A stretch of 64,000 bases of DNA from an uncultured Poribacteria bacterium (GTDB lineage: Bacteria; Poribacteria; WGA-4E; WGA-3G): the NCBI GenBank assembly GCA_958296135.2, contig CATQHZ020000001.1:2880001-2944000 (forward strand). The letters are read 5' to 3'. Position numbers and translations under genes: made by a program. Positions 9,175 to 18,800 of this stretch are shown here, one piece after another. Below the pieces are notes generated by a model. That model was not told where the DNA came from. It saw nothing but the letters and a program-made list of their open reading frames with translations, and did not search any database. Each line of letters starts with the position of its first letter. The first letter of the stretch is position 1.

Positions 9175-11115
9175 TTACTTATCTACCATTTGGGAGATTT
9201 TCTCCCAATCCCAGAGAAGGATTGTGCCATCTGAACTCGCGCTAATTAGCGTGCTACCATCCACTGAGAATTCTAAATTTCTAATCCAACTCGTGTGGCC
9301 TTGGAGTGTGGACATTGCGAGGGATTCTGCTGTGAAGTTCCCACGCAACCAACTTTGGGCGGGAACTTGTGGGTTGGTATCCGCGTGCCATAATAGCAGG
9401 GAACCCTCCGTGTCTGCGCTCACAAGCGTTTTGCCATCGGGTGAGAATACCACTGATAAGACTCCGCCCCCATGTCTTCCCAGTATCGTGCTGTGGCTTT
9501 CTCTTTTTTTCCAAGGCGGGGTGTCCATTTTTTTTAACGACGCAATATCCCACAAGCGAATGGTTCCGTCCCAACTCCCGCTGCCAAGTGTGCTGCCATC
9601 CGGGGAAAAATCCACTGATTCAACTTCACCGAGATGCCCTGTGAGAGTGAAACGTTCTGTGCCAGTAGCGGTGTCCCACAAGCGAATGGTTTTGTCTCGA
9701 CTGCCGCTTGCAAGCATGCTGCCATCTGGGGAGAATGCCAGCGCGCCAACCCCATTCTTATGTCCGGAAAGGACAAAAAGCGGGTTCCCGGTGACGATGT
9801 CCCACAACCGGATTGTTGTGTCATAACTTCCACTTGCGAGAATACGCCGGTCTGGGGATAACGCCGTTTTCCAAATCGATTTTGTATGCCCTGTCAAGGT
9901 ATAAGTAAATTGCTCGCGGCCAGTTGCAACATCCGCGACCCAGAATGTAATGCTTACGTCGGCGCAGGCAAACGTGCTGCCATCTTCAGCAAACTCTAAG
10001 AATCGGATTAATCCTCCTTTTCCGCTGAAAATGGATTGCACGTGTCCGGTGTTAGCATCCCACAGCCGAATATTGACGTTTCTGTTTACACTTGCCAGCG
10101 TCTTGTTATCTGGCGTGAGAGCGACTTCTTGAACGAAGGGGGCATGCTCCGTTATAACCGCGACCTGGTGTCCAGTATCTGTGGCCCACATCCGAATTGT
10201 GCCATCCCAACTTCCGCTGGCAAGTGTTTTTCCGTCCGGTGAGAATGCCAACGCGCGAATTGCATCCGTTTGGCCCCTGAATGTGTTCAATTCTCGCCCG
10301 GTTTCAACGTCCCAGAATGTCAGCCCTCCGCCGAAATCACCGCTCGCGAGCGTCCTGCCATCAGGAGCGAAAGTTAAGGCACAAGCATCGTTTCTCCCTA
10401 TCAAGGTTATCTTGGGATTCACTTTTGTTTTTCTCGGCGAAGGTTCCAAGTCCTCTGGTTCTCTGTCTATAAAACCATCAGACAGGGTTTCTTCTAGCAA
10501 AGATGGGAGAGCCCATAACCGAATCGTTTTGTCTTCAAACCCACTACTACTCGCGAGCGTTTTGCCGTCTGGCGAAAAGGCTAATGCGCTAAATTCCCCT
10601 TTCCCTATGTTCCCTTCAAAGGACACCAGGTGGGTGCGGGTGTGAACATCCCACAATCGAATGACACCATCTTTTCCACCGCTGGCAAGCATCGTGCCAT
10701 CCTGCGAAAAGGCGACTTTGACAAATCGTTCTCCGTATACCCGTCGTTCCTTTTTCTCCAGTGCTCTCGGAGGCGAGTCGGTGGGCATCATATCCCACGG
10801 CTGAATTGCCCCGTAAATGTCTACACTGAATAGCGTCTCGCCATTTTTCGAGAACGTCACAGCCTCAATTGGGGCTGTGTCACTGCGGCTCAACGAGAGT
10901 TCTTGGTAAATATGGGTATCATATAACCAAATTCCAATTGAACTTCCCACGATGAGTCGAGTGCCACTGGGAGAATATTTTATCGCGTTGATGGTGCCTT
11001 TGCCGAAGCGGATTTTAGCACCTTCCGGCAAATGCCATTGCGTGTAATCTTCGGCGAACCCGATGGCAACCATCGAAAACAGCACGCCGAGGATGAACAA
11101 ACTCTTTTTTATCAT
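9175..11115 (-). CDS. Secreted WD40-repeat protein
   Basis: Signal peptide, QWHLPEGA motif, many FSPDG..LASG..D.TIRLWD repeats. Confidence 0.92.
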   Translation of the reverse strand: MIKKSLFILGVLFSMVAIGFAEDYTQWHLPEGAKIRFGKGTINAIKYSPSGTRLIVGSSIGIWLYDTHIYQELSLSRSDTAPIEAVTFSKNGETLFSVDIYGAIQPWDMMPTDSPPRALEKKERRVYGERFVKVAFSQDGTMLASGGKDGVIRLWDVHTRTHLVSFEGNIGKGEFSALAFSPDGKTLASSSGFEDKTIRLWALPSLLEETLSDGFIDREPEDLEPSPRKTKVNPKITLIGRNDACALTFAPDGRTLASGDFGGGLTFWDVETGRELNTFRGQTDAIRALAFSPDGKTLASGSWDGTIRMWATDTGHQVAVITEHAPFVQEVALTPDNKTLASVNRNVNIRLWDANTGHVQSIFSGKGGLIRFLEFAEDGSTFACADVSITFWVADVATGREQFTYTLTGHTKSIWKTALSPDRRILASGSYDTTIRLWDIVTGNPLFVLSGHKNGVGALAFSPDGSMLASGSRDKTIRLWDTATGTERFTLTGHLGEVESVDFSPDGSTLGSGSWDGTIRLWDIASLKKMDTPPWKKRESHSTILGRHGGGVLSVVFSPDGKTLVSADTEGSLLLWHADTNPQVPAQSWLRGNFTAESLAMSTLQGHTSWIRNLEFSVDGSTLISASSDGTILLWDWEKISQMVDK

Positions 11116-11152
11116 CGTGAAATTCCTTTTTCGCTCCGTTACATTTTGCTGC

Positions 11153-11182
11153 AGTATACCCTAAAATGCTTAAAAGAGCCAA
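11153..11182 (-). promoter_or_regulatory. sigma70-type promoter duplicated upstream of both WD40 paralogues (second copy ~13137-13166)
   Basis: TTGGCT-18 nt-TATACT; near-identical GCAGTATACCCTAA.ATGC.TAAAAGAGCCAACGTTTTTT before both genes. Confidence 0.6.
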
Positions 11183-11203
11183 CGTTTTTTGGGCGGCCGC
11201 GGC

Positions 11204-13099
11204 TCAATCGAGTTTATCCCAGAGGAGAATTGTGCCGCTCCGATGTCCACTCGCTAGCGTTTCGCCATCGGGTGAAAACAGCAACGCGCTCACCGCTGAA
11301 TCATAGCCTATGGAGAAAGAGCGGAGATGCGAGGCGGTGTCTACGTTCCACAACTGGAGAGTGCCCTGGGAACTACCACTTACGAGCGTTTTTCCGTTGG
11401 GTGAAAATGCTAATGCGGCAACGTTTTCTGTTCCCGTGTCAAGGGTAGCCAGCGTGCGCCCTGTATCAACATCCCACAGGCGGATTTCGTATTCGCTGCC
11501 ACTTGCGAGCGTTCTCCCATCTGGCGAGAAGGTTAAGGCATGGATAGAGTCCGAGTGGCCTGCTAACGTCTTAACCAAGGCAAAGGACAAGAGTGCCCAC
11601 ACGCGAATATTATTGTCCGTATCGGCAATCGCTAGCGTTTGACTGTCCGGTGCGAATGCGAAGTGGCCGCCGGACGTTGTCCACAGCAGTTCGCCGGTAT
11701 CTGCATGCCACAATATCACTTTGCGGCGTTCGTTCCCGGCAATCCGCTGTCCATCCGGCGAGAAAACGAAACGAAAGATGGACTTTGGGGTTTCTGTTTG
11801 CAAGGTAGAGAGCTGCTGACGAGTGGCACTATACCACACCCGAATGTCGCCGGCCAAACTCCGGGCAGCGAGTTTGGTAAGGGTTGGCGGGAACGTCACG
11901 ACTTGACTCACGTCTGCCCAATGCGTTTGTGTAGGCGGCGTAATTATTTCAAGTTGTTTGCCGGTGGCAACATCCCACACCCGAACCTTTGCCTCCCAAC
12001 CGCTACTGGCGAGGCGTGCGCCATCGCCGGGGAAAGCCAACGTCTGAATCCACTCAAAATGCTCCGTGAGTGCCAGCGTAGATAGGGGTTTGGCAGCGTC
12101 AATGTCCCAGACGTGAATTGTGCCGTTGCGGCTGCCGCAGCGGAGCGTCTGCCCATCTCGCGAAAATGCGACGGTGTAGACATCCTGCATTTTTCCTATT
12201 TGGCTATGCCCGGGGACAGATAGACTCGGTGTTTCCGGCGGCAAGCGTGTCAATAGGGCCCCGGTATTGACGTGCCACACTCGGACTGCATCGTCTTTAC
12301 CGGCGGTAGCGACGATTTTTCCATCCGGCGAGAAGGCGACATCGCTGATGTCGCGGGTGTGGCCGGATAGAGTTGCGCGCCGTTTGCCGGTGGGGACATC
12401 CCAGAGGTGTGCTGACGTATCCCAGCCGCCGCCACTGACGAGAGTTTTCCCATCGGGTGAGAATTCCAAGAGGGTGATGGAGCCTAAATCGTCAGTTCCT
12501 GCAAAGCGGGTATCCCCGGTGGTGGTATCCCACAAACGGAGGGTGCTACCCGCGCTCGCCAGGAGTTGGCCATCCGGCGAGAAGGCGAGGGCATTTACCG
12601 CACTGGGCGACCCGAGGAACATGGCGAGGAAGTCGCCGGTGGCAACATCCCACAATCGGATTTTCCAGTCGCCGCTCCCGGTGGCGAGTATCATGTTATC
12701 GGGTGAAAATGCCAACGCGTTAATTGAATCCGGATGCTTCTCAAGTGTGGCGAGGGTATCTCCGGTGCGAATGTCCCAGACGCGCAGTGTCGTTCCATGC
12801 GCGCTCGCGACGATGGTGCCGTCGGCAGTGAACGTCAACGCGGTGGGCACTTGAACGGGTAACATTGCAGAGAATAGCGACATTTCTTTGCCAGTGTGCG
12901 CGTCGTAAATCCAGATGCCCATGGCAGTTGGAACGGCAAGACGTGTGCCATCGGGCGAGAACTGAACATCCTTTATCGCGCCCTTGCCGAGACGTGCAGT
13001 CGCGCCTTCCGGCAAATGCCATTGCGTGTAATCTGCGGCGAACCCGATGGCAGCCATCGAAAACAGCACGCCGAGGATAAGCAAACTCTTTTTTATCAT
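11204..13099 (-). CDS. Secreted WD40-repeat protein
   Basis: Signal peptide nearly identical to the 9175-11115 paralogue; WD40 repeats throughout. Confidence 0.92.
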   Translation of the reverse strand: MIKKSLLILGVLFSMAAIGFAADYTQWHLPEGATARLGKGAIKDVQFSPDGTRLAVPTAMGIWIYDAHTGKEMSLFSAMLPVQVPTALTFTADGTIVASAHGTTLRVWDIRTGDTLATLEKHPDSINALAFSPDNMILATGSGDWKIRLWDVATGDFLAMFLGSPSAVNALAFSPDGQLLASAGSTLRLWDTTTGDTRFAGTDDLGSITLLEFSPDGKTLVSGGGWDTSAHLWDVPTGKRRATLSGHTRDISDVAFSPDGKIVATAGKDDAVRVWHVNTGALLTRLPPETPSLSVPGHSQIGKMQDVYTVAFSRDGQTLRCGSRNGTIHVWDIDAAKPLSTLALTEHFEWIQTLAFPGDGARLASSGWEAKVRVWDVATGKQLEIITPPTQTHWADVSQVVTFPPTLTKLAARSLAGDIRVWYSATRQQLSTLQTETPKSIFRFVFSPDGQRIAGNERRKVILWHADTGELLWTTSGGHFAFAPDSQTLAIADTDNNIRVWALLSFALVKTLAGHSDSIHALTFSPDGRTLASGSEYEIRLWDVDTGRTLATLDTGTENVAALAFSPNGKTLVSGSSQGTLQLWNVDTASHLRSFSIGYDSAVSALLFSPDGETLASGHRSGTILLWDKLD

Positions 13100-13300
13100 A
13101 ATGAAATGCCCCTTTGGCCCTGGTACCTTTTTCTGCAGTATACCCTAAGATGCCTAAAAGAGCCAACGTTTTTTCGGCGTACCTAGAGTGATTCGGTTTC
13201 GCGAAGGAATTGTAAGGCTAGGTTTCTATAGCTATCCACTGCTGCCGGAAAACAGGAGCGGATAGAGACATCTGCCCTTACAAATCGATGGCATTCGGTA

Positions 13301-13762
13301 TTATTGTGGATACAGGACAGCCTCATCGATGCGTTGATAAGCATAGAGTTCCTGCGGTGCGAAGAGGATGCCCAACTCGCGCTGGGCGTTCTCCGGCGAG
13401 TCCGATGCATGCACGACGTTGTGCGTTACATTGAGAGAGAAATCGCCGCGGATGCTTCCCGGTTGCGCTGCCAGTGGGTTCGTCGCGCCGTTGAGGGTGC
13501 GGACGAGTTCTATCGCGTTCCGTCCCTCCACAGCTAGGGCGACAATGGGCGCGGCGGTGATGAATCGGATGAGCGTCTCATAAAAGGGTTTGCCGCGATG
13601 ATGCACGGCGTAAAGTGCCTCCGCTGTCGTGAGCGGTAGTTGCACGAGTTTCATGCCTACCAGTTTCAGCCCTTTGCGTTCGTAGCGGGCAACAATTTCC
13701 CCGACAAGTCCGCGCTGAACGCCATCGGGTTTAATTAAAATCAGTGTTTGTTCTGTCTCCAT
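13301..13762 (-). CDS. ndk: Nucleoside diphosphate kinase
   Basis: [40 protein letters not shown]. Confidence 0.97.
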   Translation of the reverse strand: METEQTLILIKPDGVQRGLVGEIVARYERKGLKLVGMKLVQLPLTTAEALYAVHHRGKPFYETLIRFITAAPIVALAVEGRNAIELVRTLNGATNPLAAQPGSIRGDFSLNVTHNVVHASDSPENAQRELGILFAPQELYAYQRIDEAVLYPQ

Positions 13763-13809
13763 AGCCTTTCCTATTATGTGAGGGTGAACGATTTGGTTTT
13801 CAGTTGTCT

Positions 13810-13859
13810 TGACATTAAGTCCTTTTAAGTATACCATATTTTTCAGGCATTTGCTAGAT
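13810..13859. promoter_or_regulatory. Overlapping divergent promoters for ndk and the GNAT gene
   Basis: Plus: TTGACA-17 nt-TACCAT; minus: extended -10 TGGTATACT. Confidence 0.5.
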
Positions 13860-13989
13860 TTATTTTATGATGGACGTAGCTTGAACGCCATAGTTGCGGT
13901 TTCAAACCGCGCCTACGGACAAGGGGACGTTATTACCCAAGATACGTATACGAACGCTTTGTGCTAAGACGAAAAACGAGGAACAATTC

Positions 13990-14967
13990 ATGTTCAATAA
14001 ATTGGAAGAAGTGGTACTAAAAACAGGGGAACGGATGGAAGTCGGCGTGATTGCCGCACCGGATGCCCCACATGCCGAGGAAGTCAAGCAGTTCCTCGGG
14101 CATAAACCGGGTAACTACAAATGGCATATTGAGCGATGCGTAACCGAATCGCTTGACGCGTTGGAAACGCGGTTCTATGTCGGGAAACTTGATGGGAACG
14201 TGATTATCAACATCATGACGGTTGAACACGATGGAATTGGAATCTTGGGGCATGTCTTCACCTTGCCGCACCAGCGCAGGAAAGGCGCGTGCAAAGGCGT
14301 GATGGCGCAGCAGATGGCAGATTTTCGGCACCGCAACGGCCGCGCACTCTACCTCGGCACGGGATACAACAGTCCGCCGTATCACATCTACAATAGTTTT
14401 GGGTTTGAGAGTGTCTGTCCGGCATCGGGATTTATGCAGTATCAGGTGAACGCCGATTTTGTGGAGAGTTACTTCGCGCCTGCACCTGCGCATCCGAAAC
14501 CGGTTGAATGGCACGATTGGCCCAAAATCACGGCGCTTTCGGCGATTGTCGGATGGGATACGCTTCGGAGCTTGACATGGGGTGTCTACGGGCCTACGAA
14601 TCTTGAGGGCGGCTTTCTCTCTTTTAAACGTGACTTGGATACGGAGGATGTCTACACCGATGCAAAGTTGCTCGGCGCGCAGAACGGTGCAATCGTCGGT
14701 TGGGCGACGGTGAGTCGGGATACACGCTGGCGCGGTGAGACTGCGGTGCTCGAGCTCTTTTTCCATCCCAATTTTGTTGATGCTGTCCCTGCACTACTTT
14801 CGGCATTGACGTTCCCTGAATTGAAGGTTCAGTGTTACGTTGACGATGGGGCGACAGTGAAGGCGGATATTTTGGCATCGGCGGGGTTTGAGTGCGAGGC
14901 GCGCTTGAAGGGGCAGTTTGCGTATGCGGGGCGGCGTTATGATGTTTTGGTGTTCTCGCGCGATTAA
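13990..14967 (+). CDS. GNAT-family N-acetyltransferase (probably tandem GNAT)
   Basis: VFTLPHQRRKGAC acetyl-CoA motif, YNSFGF, second ASAGFECE motif; GAGG RBS. Confidence 0.8.
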   Translation: MFNKLEEVVLKTGERMEVGVIAAPDAPHAEEVKQFLGHKPGNYKWHIERCVTESLDALETRFYVGKLDGNVIINIMTVEHDGIGILGHVFTLPHQRRKGACKGVMAQQMADFRHRNGRALYLGTGYNSPPYHIYNSFGFESVCPASGFMQYQVNADFVESYFAPAPAHPKPVEWHDWPKITALSAIVGWDTLRSLTWGVYGPTNLEGGFLSFKRDLDTEDVYTDAKLLGAQNGAIVGWATVSRDTRWRGETAVLELFFHPNFVDAVPALLSALTFPELKVQCYVDDGATVKADILASAGFECEARLKGQFAYAGRRYDVLVFSRD

Positions 14968-15044
14968 ACGCGAGAAGGCACCTGTTGTTGCAAGTCCTGC
15001 GAATCTGAGGGAACCAAGGACGGTTTCGATTTGTGCTAGGGATT

Positions 15045-15726
15045 GCGAGGGGAACCCTCAGCGATTCGTGCTCGCCGAGCCCTCGCGCTGCGGTGGAAGA
15101 AGAACGGACGAAAACTGCCTTGTTCCCGTAGCGCGGGGGCCTGTCCCCCGCGATGCCCCGAGGAAAACCGCCTTCTTTGCATCGTAGCGCGAGGGCCTGT
15201 CCCCCGCGATCTCCCGAGGAAAACTGCCTTCTTTGCATCGTAGCGCGGGGGCCTGTCCCCCGCGATCTTTCAACCGACACGAAAAACACCCGCAGCCCAA
15301 AATCCCCAAACGGCTTTGAGATGACAGGCATGGCGAGGGGAACCCTCGGCGATTCGTGATCGCCGGGCCCGCGCCCTACGGTGACGTGAACGAAAACTGC
15401 CTTTTTACCGTAGCGCGGGGGCCTGTCCCCCGCGATCGCTCGACCGACACGAAAAACACCCGCAGCCCAAAAGCCCAAACGGCTTTGAGATGACGGGCAT
15501 GGCGAGGGGAACCCTCGGCGATTCGTGATCGCCGGGCCCTCGCCCTACGGTGAGGGTAGGGCGGCTCGATGCATGGCGAGGCACAGTGGACATCTCTGCA
15601 GCGAGGCTGCAGAGAGGACAAAGTTTAGGCGTAACGGCCCTCGCCTTACGGTGAAGGGGGGAGGCCCCTGCATGGCGAGGGAAACCCTCGGCGATTCGCG
15701 CTCGCCGGGTTTTCCCTCGCGCTGCG
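15045..15726. repeat. REP array (BIME/REPIN-like)
   Basis: Multiple CGTAGCGCGGGGGCCTGTCCCCCGCG and GGCGAGGGGAACCCTCGGCGATTCG.G.TCGCCG units with repeated linkers. Confidence 0.9.
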
Positions 15727-15854
15727 GGTGCAGCGGTGTCAAGTCCTTACACAGAAAACTTAGCTAAGGGATACCCCGCGTAAGCGGATACGCAGATACG
15801 GATGCCCTGCCGAGTCCTGTTTACCGAACGCTTCGCGCTCATACAAAAACAAAA

Positions 15855-18800
15855 TTATTTGATGACGACAAGCTTTCCTACCTTGTTCCGGCGCGTCTCT
15901 CCTTGGTGCGCGGTGAATTTATAGAGGTAGACACCGTTGGCAAGCGGCTCGCCGTCTGCATCCAATCCATCGTAGTGGAATTCGTTGTAGGAGATGGCAG
16001 CGTCAAGCGTGTCAATCACTGTGATGAGGCGGCCTGTCACCGTATAAATCTTCAGGCTCACTTCGTCCGCACTTTCGGTAAGGTAATAGGCGAAATCGGT
16101 GCCGCGCCCCGGTGTGAAAGGGTTCGGGAAGTTCGCGATGTTTTTGATCTCAAACTCGCCTGCAACGGTGGCTGTCCGGCCTGTGGATGCCGGGTTGCCG
16201 TTTGCATCCTGCGCTTGCAACCGAATCGCGTATTCGCCTGCCTCCAAGATAGGCGTATAGGTTATTAACAACACGTTGGTATTGACAGGCGACGCGGCGA
16301 TGATATACTCGTCTTGCGGCACGCGCTCGCCGTTTTTGGTAAGAACGATATTCTCCGGGCGCGTGTCTACGCCGTTAGCATCCTCAATGCGCGCAGAGAT
16401 AGTCGGCGTATCGGAGATATAGTCGCCATCGATGAAACCTTGATTTTCAACGGTGAGGTCCAACGCCGGTGGGCGAGAATCAGCGTGGGACAGCAGCGCG
16501 AAGGTGCCGGGCAACTTGACTTGGGTTGAGAGCGTCTCTTCGCTGTTCGTCTCATTGCCGACGCGGATCCAATTGCCGGAATATGCGTCCAGCATGTAGA
16601 TGGACGCTGCGTCCGTAGCTCCTGTCCCTCGCGATGTCTCGGATAAACGGAAGGCGGCGGTTGCCGTGAATCCAGTCTGCGTGTCTAAACCGAGTTCATA
16701 GGCGGCCGGGGCGGCCGCTGCATCGTCCCCTGCAACCGGAATGATATCGGGTTGGTTGGTAATGGTAAGTGCTTTCCGCTCAAACGTCATAAGCGTCGGC
16801 GTTTGAATGCTTCCGGGTGGCAGAGAGAGGCGCAACATGCCATCTCCGCTCACAATGTCCCGCTGCTCCGGTGTGAGAAGGACCCAATTGCTGGAGAAGT
16901 GCCGAGCGGCGGTGTTATTCCGCTCTCTGCGTTCAATGATAGTCCCTTTCGGCTGTGCCTCTGACGGCATGTCCACGACAACCGTGACGAGGTAGTTCCC
17001 GGGTGGGGGTTGCCACGGCACGCTTGCCACGACTTCACTCCCCGGCAGCACTTCTGTCAGTATCTGGACTTCGCCAATCGGGGTTGCGTTTTGGAGTTCT
17101 TCTTCAAGCAGCACTGTTTCTTCAGGCTCCCCGGTTGCTGTCGTCTGAAGAAATTGGACAGGCACGTTTCGCACAGGCTCGGTTCCAAGGTTGACAATCT
17201 TCGCGGAGAGCCTGAAGGGCGACTCGGATAAGTGGATATCCCCTGCGTCCGTAGCGCGAGGGCTTGGCCCGCGCGATGGCGTGGTATGCCACATCAGCGT
17301 TTGCTCCAAAACGCTCAAATCAACGTGAATCTCCCCGAACTCATAACTTTCTATCTCCGATTGGAGTGTCCGTCCGTCCTGCAACGTGATTGCCAGATAG
17401 TAGTCGATTAATTCGTTTTTGGGATAGCCGGGGATAGGTTGCTCGGTGCGATAGGTTGAAACCCCATCAACAGAACTATGCAACACGACCGGAATTGTCT
17501 CAAAATTCACGCCATCTAAGCTCCAAAAAAGCGTCATTGCATTAATGGCATTCTCGTTTTTCACCTCGCCGTAAAAATGCACAGGCTGGTTGGGTTCAAC
17601 AGGATAAGGCGCGATGCGGATGTTCGTTACGTATCGCTCAAGCGCGGTGTAACTCATAGAGCCGACGGCATCCTCATCGGCATTCCATGCGTAAGCGCGG
17701 ACATCCGCTTCATCGAATTGGCTGTTCGCGGGAAGTGGGATGTCTGCCGTGAACCGGCCATTGACGACAGAAACCGTCTCCTGTTCAGGCGGCGCGGCCG
17801 GGAGTTCACTCCTACTGGGACGCGCTGTGGGAACTACGGTTATCTCTGCCTGCCCACTAAAATTGCGATTGGACAGAGTGCCTGACACTGCCACCGAGTT
17901 TTCTCCTACATCTGCTGTTACTTGTATCTGCTTGTGCGGCAACCTGAGCTGAGTCGCCGGATCGCCGAAAAGGGTGAAGACTTCCGCCAGGTCAAAATAG
18001 CCGGGCGCGTTAATGATAAATTGGGTTTTCGCTTGGGCGAGGATGGCCCCGACATGCCGCACCGGTTGCTGGCCCCGGTCTTCCGATGCCTCGAAAATCA
18101 CATCAAAAATCTCTCGATTGAGCGCGTAGTCGCCCTCTAGCAGGCCGATGCTTGTTCCACCGACGACAGCGATGGCACCGCCGCTCTGCGAGCGGAGCAG
18201 TTCTTCGGCGAGGCAGCTCTGTGTTCCATCAAAAAAGCCAGTGAAGCAGGTCATGCTGATAACAAAGGGGAGTTGTTCAATATTGGTGAGGTTTTGCTCG
18301 GGGTCTTCCAGATCCAACATGCGGCTAGATGCCCAGATGCCGCCGCCGCCGTGGCCAATGTAGTTCACGAGGGCGGCCCCGTCGTTGAAGCCGTCAATCA
18401 CTTGTCTGGCGATAGGCGAACGGACGCGTTCATTGAAGGTTTGCTCCTCGTTCGTTGGCGCGAAGATGTCCTTAACCTCATACGTCGCGGCGAGATTGTT
18501 CCGGTCGATGAGCCAGTTGGTTTGCAGGTGAAATACCCAATCTGTGCCAGCGAGCATGAGGAGCCGTTTTTGCCAAGGGCCGGTTTCAGCGTGAATTTCG
18601 TAATTCATTACGCGTTCAACGAAGACTCGCGCGTCCACTCGGTTCCTGGCGGGCATTCTTCCGATGAGCATGTCAGGAAAGTTGTCATCGCCGCGGAAGG
18701 TGACGAACTGGTGGTCTGTCGCGGTTGCGCCGTATCCCGGAATTTGCACCTGTATGGTAGGGACAAAACTGATTTCGTTTTTCAGGTCGAGGTGCGTGTC

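Noticed and set aside
13211-13283. Novel ncRNA between ndk and the WD40 gene (imperfect palindrome TTGTAAGG..CCTTACAA)
   Set aside because: More simply a degenerate REP-like doublet or terminator; single copy here and no further support
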